Positions 9,624 to 18,625 are shown, counted from the first letter of the stretch. The stretch: 64,000 nucleotides of DNA from Candidatus Multivoradales bacterium (GCA_965223325.1 CBDCWI010000001.1:643917-707916), one strand, 5' to 3'. Numbers and translations: made by a program. Notes: generated from the sequence alone by a model not told the origin.

Positions 9624-10322
9624 CTACTCGAGCAGCCGGTGATGTTGGCCGTGCAAAGCTCGGAAAAAGGGAACCTGGTGTTCGGTACGAAGCTCCCCGT
9701 GGCGGTCCAGCATGGCCCGGATCTCGGCCAGGATGGCGCGCGTGATGTTGGGGGTCTCGAGTGCCTCGGCGTCTCCAAAGGAGACCCAGCTCGTCTCCCC
9801 CAGCTCTCCAGTGCCCGAAAGCGCGCCGTCGGTGTGCTTGGCATCGGCAACGAAAAAGCGTGCATCAAAACGCTTCGGGCGGTACGGCGGCGTGATCGCT
9901 CGCGCAAGGTAGTGCAGATGGCCCAGGGCTGGCAGCTGACCCTGATCGAGGAATCCCTGCCACTCACGACGAACGCGCGAGGGAACCTCTCCCGGCACCG
10001 CGAGACGAAGCCCGGTTTCCTCCCAGGTCTCACGCACCGCGGCGATTCCCAGAGCCCGTGCCCGATGCGATGAGCAACCACACTCGAGGCGTCGCCGCAC
10101 AGCGGTCCTGAGATCTGACGCATAGGGCGTGTAGCCATCGGCCCGATCGACTCGCCCGCCGGGGAAAATCCACAGATCCGACCACTGATCACGGATCCGG
10201 CGTCTCCCCATCAGCACGCACGGCTGGCCTCCTTCAAAGCGCACCAGCACCATCGTCGCCGCGTCGCGGGGACGGCTCGCCCGGCGGTGCCCCCTGGTTG
10301 TCGCCTGCACCTGCTTCGCCAT
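9624..10322 (-). CDS. Nudix hydrolase, CoA-pyrophosphatase (NudL)-like
   Basis: VLMGRR...FPGG precedes REtWEEtGL (Nudix box REUXEEXGU) with an insertion between GG and RE. Only the 3' third of the 554-aa six-frame ORF is plausible; the rest is antisense to the enolase gene. An alternative start lies at Met 10253. Confidence 0.7.
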   Translation of the reverse strand: MAKQVQATTRGHRRASRPRDAATMVLVRFEGGQPCVLMGRRRIRDQWSDLWIFPGGRVDRADGYTPYASDLRTAVRRRLECGCSSHRARALGIAAVRETWEETGLRLAVPGEVPSRVRREWQGFLDQGQLPALGHLHYLARAITPPYRPKRFDARFFVADAKHTDGALSGTGELGETSWVSFGDAEALETPNITRAILAEIRAMLDRHGELRTEHQVPFFRALHGQHHRLLE

Positions 10323-10382
10323 CCCTAGGATGATAGTCGGATGGTTGAGCACCCCGGGGCAGGGTTGTGAGATCGTCGTTGA

Positions 10383-11417
10383 ATGGCCCTCAGTTTCAAC
10401 GTGTCGGTTCTCGAACTCGAGACCACGATCCCCTTCCACACCGCCCGAGCTGGCGGTGCAATCTGGCACAACGTCCTCCTCGAGCTCACCTCGGGCGGGT
10501 TCACCGGCCGCGGTGAAGCGGCACCGCGACCGTTCTACGGCGAAAGCCCCGAGAAAGTGCGTAAGGCCATCATTCGTGCCCTTCGGCCCCTCGCCTCGAC
10601 CGAAGAACTGACCGCTGGCTACCTCCAAGACGTCGGAGAACACTCGCGAGCCGCGCAGTGCGCGCTCGACACCGCGCGGCTCGACCTCCTCGCGCAGCGT
10701 GAAGGCATGCCCCTCCACACCTTCCTGGCAGAGCAATTCGGATTTCGAGATCGCACGCTTCCGGCAACCAGCATGACCGTCGGCCTCGACGAGCCCGAGA
10801 CAATGGCGGCCACCGCAACCGGTTTCGGTGACTGGCCGATCCTCAAGATCAAACTCGACAACTCGCGACCGATCGAGACGCTCCGAGCCATTCGCTCGGT
10901 CAGCGAGGCAACTCTGCGGGTCGACGGCAACACTGCCTGGACGGCGAACCAGGTCCTGGAATTGTCCCCGGTCTTTGAAGAAACCGGCGTCGACCTCCTC
11001 GAGCAGCCGCTCGCGGCCACCGACCATGCGGGGCTCGAGGCACTCTTCGGCAACCTCCCGATGGCGCTCTATATCGACGAGAGCGTGACCGGGCCGCAAG
11101 ACGTAACCCAGCTGGCCGGTTGCGTCGACGGGGTCAACCTCAAGCTCGCGAAATGTGGCGGGCCGACCCGGACTTTCGAATGTGTCGAGCGCGCCCGCGA
11201 GCACGGCCTGGGCGTAATGCTCGGCTGCTTCGTCGAGTCGTCGGTTGCCATCGCCGCGGCGGCGGCGCTCGGCGGCGCAGTGGACCATCTCGACCTCGAT
11301 GGCTCGATGTTGCTGCGACGGGACCCGTACCAGGGCCTCGAGATCTCAGCCGGCGCCATGGCTCGATCCAGCGCCCCCGGCCTCGGTCTCGTGGCCGCAC
11401 CCGTAACGTCCGGCTAG
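10383..11417 (+). CDS. Enolase-superfamily enzyme (MLE subgroup; dipeptide epimerase / L-Ala-D/L-Glu epimerase-like)
   Basis: KxK catalytic motif (ILKIKLDN), metal-ligand Asp/Glu/Asp pattern (VDGN, LEQP, IDES), and a capping domain at the N-terminus. Confidence 0.8.
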   Translation: MALSFNVSVLELETTIPFHTARAGGAIWHNVLLELTSGGFTGRGEAAPRPFYGESPEKVRKAIIRALRPLASTEELTAGYLQDVGEHSRAAQCALDTARLDLLAQREGMPLHTFLAEQFGFRDRTLPATSMTVGLDEPETMAATATGFGDWPILKIKLDNSRPIETLRAIRSVSEATLRVDGNTAWTANQVLELSPVFEETGVDLLEQPLAATDHAGLEALFGNLPMALYIDESVTGPQDVTQLAGCVDGVNLKLAKCGGPTRTFECVERAREHGLGVMLGCFVESSVAIAAAAALGGAVDHLDLDGSMLLRRDPYQGLEISAGAMARSSAPGLGLVAAPVTSG

Positions 11418-11572
11418 CGGCCGAGCAGTGCTCGAACCGCGGCGCTCAGGAAGATAGGGTTGAGGGTCTAGCGCGTGGTGCTCTTGGGCACTCCTCTACC
11501 GTGGCGGCAGCGTCTCAGAGAAGCGAGTGCTCTGCGCCATGCGCAGCAAGCTCTGCGACTCCGCAAACCTCG

Positions 11573-11588
11573 AACCTTGCGCAAGGTT
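11573..11588. promoter_or_regulatory. Perfect 16-bp palindrome AACCTTGCGCAAGGTT about 70 bp upstream of the acyl-CoA dehydrogenase start, with a second inverted repeat CTGCGCcatGCGCAG at 11531-11545; candidate operator
   Basis: Seen directly. The position relative to the ATG at 11655 fits a TetR/FadR-type operator. Confidence 0.3.
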
Positions 11589-11654
11589 CTAAGAGGACAA
11601 GACATCCAAGACGACATCTACAGGAGTCGTCTCCCCCCAAAGGTCCAGTCAGCC

Positions 11655-13466
11655 ATGACCACCAAAGCCAAAGACGCCTCCCTGGCCGCCCCTCCCGGCG
11701 GTTCCTTCCTTCTGCAGTCTCTCCACGAAGGCGAGATCCTCACCCCCAGCCTGCTGACCGACGAGCAGCGTGCGATCGGAGATGTCGCGAGACGCCTGGA
11801 AGAAACCGAGATTTTGCCGATCATCGATCGCCTCGAAGCCAAGGAGCCAGGCCTGATGCGCAAGATGCTCGAGCGTGCTGGTGAACTCGGTCTCCTGATG
11901 ATCTCGATCCCCGAGGAGTACGGCGGGCTCGGGCAAGGCAAGGCGACCATGATGCTGGCCACCGAATCGTTCAGCCGCTCCGCCAGCTTCGCGGTCTCGG
12001 TCGGCGCCCACGTCGGCATCGGCACCCTGCCCCTGGTCTACTTCGGAACCGACGAGCAAAAACAGCGCTACCTGCCCCGCCTGGCCACCGGTGAGTGGAT
12101 CGCCGCCTACGCCCTCACCGAGCCCGACTCCGGCTCCGACGCCCTCGCCGCCCGCACCACGGCCACCCATTCAGAGGACAAAAAGCACTACGTTCTAAAC
12201 GGTAGCAAGCAGTGGATCACCAACGCCGGCTTCGCCGACCTGTTCGTGGTCTTCGCCCAGCTCGAAGACGCCGGCTTCAGCGCCTTCCTCGTCGAGCGCA
12301 CTTTCGACGGTCTCGCCGTCGGTCCCGAAGAGCACAAACACGGCATCCGCGGCTCCTCCACCTGCGCTCTAACCTTCGAAGACGTTCATGTACCGGCCGA
12401 GAATCTCCTCGGTGAGCCGGGCGAGGCCCACCGCATCGCCTTCAACATCCTGAACGTCGGTCGTGCCCGCCTGGGCGTCGGCACCCTGGGAGGAGCCAAA
12501 GCCGCCCTCGACCTCGCGACCACCTACGGCAGCCAACGCCAGCAGTTCGGCAAGGCACTCACCGAGTTCGGCCTCATCCGCAACAAGCTCGCTGAGATCA
12601 CCAGCCGCGTCTTCGCCGGCGAAGCCCTCTCCTACCGTACTGCGGGAATGATGGATGCGAAGTACGACGCGCTGGTCGAAGAAGGCAAAGACCCCGGCAA
12701 CGAAGCGACCCAGGCCGCGGTCGAGGAGTACGCCATCGAGGCGTCGCTGATGAAGGTCTACGGCAGCGAAGCGCTCGACTTCGCCACCGACGAGGCTCAG
12801 CAGATCCACGGCGGCTACGGCTACATGACCGAGTACGAGATCGAACGCGCCGTACGCGACGCCCGCATCAATCGAATCTTCGAGGGCACCAACGAGATCA
12901 ACCGCCTACTCCTGGTGGGCACACTGCTCAAGCGCGCCATGCGTCAGCAGATTCCCCTACTTGCAGCGGTCGCCGAAGTCGAAGCCGCCCTGGCGAGCGG
13001 CAACGAGCCACCGGCACCCCAAACCACTCCTTGGCTAGAGGGCCTCGAGATCGACATCGAACGCATGCGCAACGCCGCCCTGGTAGCCACCGCCCACGCC
13101 GTCAGAACCCACGGCATGGCCATCGAAGAACAACAGGCCACCCTCGCCGCCATCGCCGACATGCTCATCGACATCTACGCCGCCGACTCCGCCACCCGCC
13201 GCACCCTCCAACGCGGCGGAAAAGACAAGAGCGGACCGCAGGCCGACCTCTTCCTCGACTGCACCACCGTCTTCACCGCCCAGGCCAGAACCCGCGTCTT
13301 CACCAACGCCCGCAACATAATCTGCGCCGCCCTCGAAGCCGACGCCCAGAGCGCCGCCCTGGCCCAGGTCGACCGACTAGACCAACAAGACCCCTTCGAC
13401 CTCTTCGCCGCCCGCGAGCGAATCGCCAAAGAAGTCATTGCTAAAGAAGGCTGGCCCATCCGCTAG
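11655..13466 (+). CDS. Acyl-CoA dehydrogenase, long form (about 600 aa, FadE/AcdA-like with a C-terminal extension)
   Basis: ACAD N-terminal, middle and C-terminal domain signatures (YALTEPDSGSD, GSKQWITNAG, QIHGGYGY..E..ERAVRDARINRIFEGTNEI). Start chosen at MTTKAK, which drops the unlikely 60-aa basic leader of the six-frame ORF. Confidence 0.85.
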   Translation: MTTKAKDASLAAPPGGSFLLQSLHEGEILTPSLLTDEQRAIGDVARRLEETEILPIIDRLEAKEPGLMRKMLERAGELGLLMISIPEEYGGLGQGKATMMLATESFSRSASFAVSVGAHVGIGTLPLVYFGTDEQKQRYLPRLATGEWIAAYALTEPDSGSDALAARTTATHSEDKKHYVLNGSKQWITNAGFADLFVVFAQLEDAGFSAFLVERTFDGLAVGPEEHKHGIRGSSTCALTFEDVHVPAENLLGEPGEAHRIAFNILNVGRARLGVGTLGGAKAALDLATTYGSQRQQFGKALTEFGLIRNKLAEITSRVFAGEALSYRTAGMMDAKYDALVEEGKDPGNEATQAAVEEYAIEASLMKVYGSEALDFATDEAQQIHGGYGYMTEYEIERAVRDARINRIFEGTNEINRLLLVGTLLKRAMRQQIPLLAAVAEVEAALASGNEPPAPQTTPWLEGLEIDIERMRNAALVATAHAVRTHGMAIEEQQATLAAIADMLIDIYAADSATRRTLQRGGKDKSGPQADLFLDCTTVFTAQARTRVFTNARNIICAALEADAQSAALAQVDRLDQQDPFDLFAARERIAKEVIAKEGWPIR

Positions 13467-13496
13467 GAAGCCCCCTTAGACCCGCGAAATCCCAGA

Positions 13497-13575
13497 ACCA
13501 CCCCAGTCAATTGCCCGGGAAGCGCCCGGGAATTGCCCGGGAATTGCCCGGGAGTCGCCCGGCGTGGGCCCGGCA
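13497..13575 (-). repeat. Copy 1 of a roughly 70-bp intergenic repeat family (tandem CCCGGG hexamers at 11-bp period plus conserved tail CAATTGACTGGGGTGGTTCTGGGATTTCGCGGG); orientation inverted relative to copies 2 and 3
   Basis: Forward strand reads cccagaaccaccccagtcaattgcccgggaagcgcccgggaattgcccgggaattgcccgggagtcgcccggcg. Its reverse complement aligns with 29440-29520 and 34590-34665. Confidence 0.6.
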
Positions 13576-13715
13576 CGAGTCTCCTCTGCTCTTCTCCACA
13601 AGCGCCAAGGCATCTCCAAGATCAGACTTGAATTTACGCCTCATTTGTGCCACGATCGTTCCCCTCTTCAACCCTAGACCACCTGAAGCCTCCAGCCCAC
13701 CAGGAGCCCCAACCG

Positions 13716-14894
13716 ATGGCCGACCCAATCACCCCAATCACCCCAATCACCCCAGTCTCCCCAACCCCCCACACTGCACCCGAGACTGCCCTGGCCATGC
13801 CTCCGCTCCAGACAGACCCTGAGCAACACGCCCTACCCCCACGGAGCCAGAAAACCAGAGGCCGGGGCGCCGTGATGAACCCCAGCAACCGGTTTGAGTC
13901 GAGATCCATCGAACCTCTGCCACTCGCCAACGGCTCCGGAGACCAACAACGCCCACCGACGCTCTACCTCGAAGATTCAACCCGCAGCATCATCAGCACC
14001 AACCAAAGCCCAGACATCGGGTTTGACAAGAGCCTCAACCCCTACCGCGGCTGCGAACACGGCTGCGCCTACTGCTACGCCCGCCCTACGCACGAATACC
14101 TCGGTTTTTCCCCCGGCCTCGAGTTCGAAACCCGCATTCTGGTCAAGCACCGCGCACCAGAACTGCTCGCAGAGGCCTTCTCGACACCGGGCTACGAGCC
14201 CTCCCCTTTGGCCCTCTCTGGCGTCACCGACGCCTACCAGCCGATCGAGCGTCGGCTCGAAATCACCCGCCGTTGTCTGATGGTGCTGGCCGAGCATCGC
14301 CACCCCGTCCTCATCGTCACCAAGAACCGCCTGGTCACCAGGGACCTTCTGCTGCTCAAACGACTCGCCAGAGAGAACGCAGCCGCCGTCTTCATCTCGC
14401 TGACCACCCTCGACCCCGAGCTCTCACGCACCCTCGAACCGCGCGCCTCGAGTCCCACCGGCCGCCTCGCCGCCATGCGCGAGCTCAGTGCGGCCGGCAT
14501 TCCGGTTGGGGTCATGGTCGCCCCCGTCATCCCGGCCCTCAACGATCAGGAGATACCCACCCTCTTGCGCGCCGCCGCCGACGCCGGTGCGTCGACCGCC
14601 CGCTGGGTCCTCTTGCGCCTCCCCTACAGTCTGCGCGAGCAGTTCGAGGCCTGGCTCCGGGTCCACTTCCCGCACCGAGCCGAGCGGGTTCTGAGCCGCA
14701 TCGGCCAACTGCGCAGCGGCCAACTCAATGACCCCCAGTTCGGCTCACGCATGCGGGGAACCGGACCCTGGGCTGACCACCTGAGCCAGCTGTTTGAAAC
14801 CAGCTGCAGGCGCTGCGGCCTCGACCGCGACCCGGTCGATCTTTCGAGTGAGTCGTTCAGGCGACCCGGCGGGGTGCAACTCAAGCTGCTCTGA
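13716..14894 (+). CDS. Radical SAM protein of the PA0069 / SplB (DNA-repair photolyase-like) family with a Pro/Thr-rich N-terminal extension
   Basis: Conserved N-terminal RGRGAvmNPsNRFE, then the CxxxCxYC cluster (CEHGCAYCY). RBS caggag 9 nt upstream of ATG 13716. Alternative starts lie at 13797 and 13875. Confidence 0.8.
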   Translation: MADPITPITPITPVSPTPHTAPETALAMPPLQTDPEQHALPPRSQKTRGRGAVMNPSNRFESRSIEPLPLANGSGDQQRPPTLYLEDSTRSIISTNQSPDIGFDKSLNPYRGCEHGCAYCYARPTHEYLGFSPGLEFETRILVKHRAPELLAEAFSTPGYEPSPLALSGVTDAYQPIERRLEITRRCLMVLAEHRHPVLIVTKNRLVTRDLLLLKRLARENAAAVFISLTTLDPELSRTLEPRASSPTGRLAAMRELSAAGIPVGVMVAPVIPALNDQEIPTLLRAAADAGASTARWVLLRLPYSLREQFEAWLRVHFPHRAERVLSRIGQLRSGQLNDPQFGSRMRGTGPWADHLSQLFETSCRRCGLDRDPVDLSSESFRRPGGVQLKLL

Positions 14895-15322
14895 AGCTGC
14901 CGCGGAACGCTCCCCGAGCCGCCTTCGAGAGCCCATCGACCCTCTATTTCTGTAGGCCGAAGCCGATCTAGCCGCCCGCGGCATCGTAGGGTATGCTTCT
15001 GCCTCGATTCGAACGCATTCGGCGTCGCCGGTAGTGCACCCTCTCCAAGGCACTTTGGATCTGCCTGGTTCTCGAACGACCCATCTAGCGTTCAGGAACC
15101 GCGGCTGGCAGAGCCTGGAAACGACGAGTCCGCAGAATCGGTCCATCGATCGAAAACCTGAGTCGAGTCGCGACGACAAACGTACGCGGCACATCTGGCC
15201 CGGGGGCCCTGAGAGGGCGCCGCTTTCGGTTGTTCCACAAGACTCGAGAGAAGGCAAACACCTTCAAGAGGTGCGCGCGCGGCTCGTTTGGCGGGCGGCT
15301 AGAGCGCACAGGAGAGAATCAG

Positions 15323-15921
15323 TGAAGTTCAACGGACCCAAAGTCAAACTTTCTCGCAAGCTCGGCGTCGCCCTCAGCGACAAGGCCGCCCGTTACATGG
15401 AGCGCAAGGGTTATCCGCCCGGCATGCACGGCATGAAGCGTCGCCGTCGCCAGAGCAACTACGGCCGCCAGCTACTCGAGAAGCAGCGCCTGCGTTTCCA
15501 GTACAACGTCAGCGAGCGGCAAATGCGCACCTACTACAAGCGCTCGACCCGCATGAAGGGCGTCACCGGTGACAACCTGGTAGGCCTGCTCGAAACGCGT
15601 CTCGACGCCCTCGTCCAGCGCGCTGGCTTCGCGCCATCGATCTTCGCCGCCCGCCAGATGGTCGGCCACGGCCATCTCGCCGTGAACGGGCAGCGCGTCA
15701 ACGTGCCGTCCTACCAATGCCGGCCCGGCGACAGCATCGAAGTGCGCGAGCGCAGCAAGAAGCTCCGTATCTTCAACGAGCCCTCGGCTTCCGGGGCAGT
15801 CCCGGGCTACATCGATGTCGACTCCTCGGGCTACAAGTTCAGCCTCGTGGCAACGCCGCGGCGCGACGAAGTGCCCGTGATCTGCGAGGTTCCGCTGGTC
15901 GTCGAGTTCTACTCGCGCTAG
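15323..15921 (+). CDS. rpsD: 30S ribosomal protein S4
   Basis: Full-length S4 similarity (KLSRKLG, GMHG, S4 RNA-binding domain GHGHLAVNGQRVNVPSYQCRPGD). GTG start with RBS ggagag. A roughly 400-nt leader lies upstream. Confidence 0.9.
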
Positions 15922-16228
15922 TACCCAGCCCGGGCGCACGTGCGCGAACTCTCGTTAGCGGCCCATTGCTCACGAGCCACCGCGTCCGGCGCTCACCCTC
16001 GGAATACCGAGAAGCGAGCCATCCTCTGCTAGAATCTACCACTCCGTCCCCGATTCTTGCGGCATTTGACGAACCGGGAATTGATGTGTCTTCCCTCGGG
16101 TTCAGAGCATTGAGCCTCCCCGCCGCCAACTATCGGTCACCGACGAGGCCAAGCCTTCGCTCGCCGAGAGCGAGACTCGTCTCAGTCAACGCCACCCCTT
16201 CAGGGGCCACCTCTCCAAGGAGAGAGTA

Positions 16229-16984
16229 TTGTCCGCTCTTCAAGTCGCTGCCGCGAACCGTCGCGCCTCAAGCCTGACTCTCGTCTTGCCGCTGGTGCTC
16301 GCCAGCCCACTCTTCGTCGCCCCGGCCGCCTCAGCCTCCAGCTCGATCACCGGCCAGGTGCAATACGACGGCGCGGCCTTTCGGCAACGTGCCATTCGCA
16401 TGAGCGCCGACCCTCAGTGTGAGGCGCTGCGCGAAGGCGAGCGGGTCACCGCCCAGGACCGCCTGGTGTCGGAGAACGGTGGCGTCGCCAACGTGTTTGT
16501 CTACGTCGACAACGCACCGGCCGCCACCGAGACCCCCAGCGAGCCGGTCACCCTGGGCCAGCAGGGCTGCATGTACACCCCGCGGGTGTTTGGCATTCGA
16601 GTCAACCAGACCCTCGAAATCTCCAATTCCGACCCGGTGCTCCACAACGTGCGCTGTCTCGCGCGCGACAACCGGCCGTTCAACATCGGGCAGCCAGCGG
16701 CGACCAAACCGCGTCAGAAGACGTTCCAGAAGGCCGAAAAGGCCGTCAGGTTCAAGTGCGACGTCCATCCCTGGATGGAAGCGATCATCTTCGTGATGGA
16801 GCACGACTTCTGGGCTGTGACCGACGGCGACGGCAAGTTCTCGATTCCTGGTCTACCGGCGGGCACGTACAAGGTCGTCGCCTGGCACGAGACCTTTGGT
16901 GAACAGGAGGCCGAGGTGAACGTCGATGGCAGTGGCGCTGCCACCCTCGACTTCTCCTACTCCGAGGCACGCGCGGAAGGTTGA
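16229..16984 (+). CDS. Secreted blue-copper (cupredoxin, amicyanin/plastocyanin-like) protein fused to a C-terminal carboxypeptidase-regulatory-like (Ig-like) domain
   Basis: Type-1 Cu ligand pattern: His in DPVLHNV, then C-x2-H-x2-M in FKCDVHPWM, as in amicyanin. The C-terminal GKFSIPGLPAGTYKVVAWHE is CarbopepD_reg-like. TTG start with RBS aaggagag. Signal peptide present. Confidence 0.65.
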   Translation: MSALQVAAANRRASSLTLVLPLVLASPLFVAPAASASSSITGQVQYDGAAFRQRAIRMSADPQCEALREGERVTAQDRLVSENGGVANVFVYVDNAPAATETPSEPVTLGQQGCMYTPRVFGIRVNQTLEISNSDPVLHNVRCLARDNRPFNIGQPAATKPRQKTFQKAEKAVRFKCDVHPWMEAIIFVMEHDFWAVTDGDGKFSIPGLPAGTYKVVAWHETFGEQEAEVNVDGSGAATLDFSYSEARAEG

Positions 16985-17223
16985 TTGACACCTCGCGCCT
17001 CTCCAAGCCCGCTTTGTCTTTGGCCCCGATCTTCCATGGCCGCTGCCCTTCCCCTGCCCTCCCATCAGCTGCTCTCAACGACTCCCAAGCCTTCAGGAAG
17101 CCGCGCTCGTCGTAGCCATCCGGAGGCGCCGTGTCCCCTCACCGGGGTCATCCCACTAAGAACGCCTGCGCTCGGTCACTTCGAGCGACCGATGCGGGCG
17201 AAGAGAACGAAAGGAAACATCAA

Positions 17224-17829
17224 ATGAACGACACTCTTATGGAGATGATCGCCGGACAACTGAAAGGGGCTGCTGCCAGCAAGATGGCAGAACAGCTCGG
17301 AGTCTCTGACCAGCGACAGGTCAATGACGCCGTCTCAGGAGCGTTGCCGCTGCTTTTCGGCGCCCTCGCCCGCAACGCCTCGTCCGGTAGTGGTGCCAAC
17401 GCGCTCACCGCGGCGCTCGACCGGGACCACGACGGCAGCGTCCTCGACGACCTTGCCGGCTACCTCGGTGGCGGCGGCAACCAGAGCGCCGGCTCGGCCA
17501 TTCTTGGGCACGTGCTCGGCAGCCGTCAGAACAACGCCGCCAGCGCCATCAGCAAGATGAGTGGTCTCAACAGCAAGCAGACTGCCAGCCTCCTGGCGAT
17601 GCTCGCTCCGCTGGTGCTTGGCGCGCTGGGCAAGAAGAAGCGTGAAGCCAACCTCGGCGCCTCGGATCTCGCGGGTATGTTGCAGCGCGAGCAGGCCAGG
17701 GCCGATGAGGTCGAGCCTGACGCGATGCGCGTGTTCGGTCGCCTGCTCGACCAGGACGGCGACGGCGACATCAAAGACGATCTGGCAAAGCTCGGCACCG
17801 GAATGCTCGGTCGCCTGCTGAGCCGCTAG
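17224..17829 (+). CDS. DUF937 domain protein
   Basis: MNDTLMEMIAGQL...GALPLLFGALARNA matches the DUF937 family pattern, with a Gly/Ala-rich low-complexity region. Confidence 0.65.
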   Translation: MNDTLMEMIAGQLKGAAASKMAEQLGVSDQRQVNDAVSGALPLLFGALARNASSGSGANALTAALDRDHDGSVLDDLAGYLGGGGNQSAGSAILGHVLGSRQNNAASAISKMSGLNSKQTASLLAMLAPLVLGALGKKKREANLGASDLAGMLQREQARADEVEPDAMRVFGRLLDQDGDGDIKDDLAKLGTGMLGRLLSR

Positions 17830-17881
17830 CCGCTACTAGAAACAAACCCCAACACAAACAAGAAAGAAAAGGAGATCAGCT

Positions 17882-18373
17882 ATGGGTCTGATCGATTTCG
17901 TAAAAGACGCTGGCGCCAAACTACTTGGCTTCGGTGATGATGATGACAAGAGACCAGCCGAGGCCCCCGAAGTCACGGGCAAGAGCCTCGAAGAGATTCG
18001 GGCGCTTTCGCTCGAGAAGAAGGTCCGCGAGCTCGGCCTCGAGGTCGAGAACCTCGGTGTGACCGTAGACGGCACCACTGCCATCGTGCGCGGCTCGGTT
18101 CCCAACCAGGCGACCCGTGAGAAGGTCGTGCTCTGCTGCGGCAACAACGCCGGAATCGCCCACGTCGACGATCGCCTCGACGTCGAGCAGGAAGAACCGG
18201 AAGCGACCCTCTACACGGTCGTCAGTGGCGACACCCTGAGCGGCATCGCGAAGGCACACTACGGCAATGCGATGAAGTACCCGGTGATCTTCGAGGCCAA
18301 CCGGCCGATGCTGGAAGACCCAGACAAGATCTACCCCGGTCAGGTCCTCCGCATTCCGCCACTCGAAGACTAA
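17882..18373 (+). CDS. kbp: BON plus LysM domain protein, K+-binding protein Kbp/YgaU-like
   Basis: Near-collinear match to E. coli YgaU/Kbp (MGLxxFVKDAG.KL...BON...YTVxSGDTLSxIAKxxYGNAxxYxxIFEANxPMLxxPDKIYPGQVLRIP). RBS aaggag. Confidence 0.85.
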   Translation: MGLIDFVKDAGAKLLGFGDDDDKRPAEAPEVTGKSLEEIRALSLEKKVRELGLEVENLGVTVDGTTAIVRGSVPNQATREKVVLCCGNNAGIAHVDDRLDVEQEEPEATLYTVVSGDTLSGIAKAHYGNAMKYPVIFEANRPMLEDPDKIYPGQVLRIPPLED

Positions 18374-18382
18374 CTCTGACGA

Positions 18383-18413
18383 GGCCAGGGCTCGCTTCAT
18401 GCGACCCTGGCCC
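18383..18413 (+). terminator. GC-rich hairpin after kbp (GCCAGGGCTCGC-ttcat-GCGACCCTGGC)
   Basis: Imperfect 11/12-bp stem immediately 3' of the kbp stop. There is no strong U-tract, which is common in high-GC genomes. Confidence 0.4.
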
Positions 18414-18625
18414 TTCAGCTTCCCAAAGGAACGCCGCACGCGCTCCTCCTGGAAGCTCCCAGGCTCATCCCTGAGGGCTTTGGTTTCTCTTCTCCCACCT
18501 TCCCACCTCCCCCACAGCTCGGCCTGAGTCCTCATGGCCCACGACAGACGCTTCGAAGTCCTGGGGCTCTCTTTCCTGCTCAGTACAACCGGGTCACATC
18601 ACACTGCAAGACAAAGGAACTCAAC

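Noticed and set aside
10323-11288. N-terminal 320 codons of the 554-aa minus-strand ORF that contains the Nudix gene
   Set aside because: This part is antisense to the well-supported enolase-superfamily gene. Only the 3' portion (9624-10322) has Nudix motifs and a sensible start.
13511-13822. ORFs beginning MPGKRPG... (also 29235-29480 on the minus strand) that are translated from the CCCGGG repeat element
   Set aside because: They are artefacts of the repeat. The same peptide start arises wherever the element occurs, and there is no coding signal beyond it.
15931-15942. Perfect 12-bp palindrome GCGCACGTGCGC just after the rpsD stop, considered as a terminator
   Set aside because: There is no loop and no U-tract, and a 12-mer GC palindrome is plausible by chance at this GC content. 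I left it unannotated.
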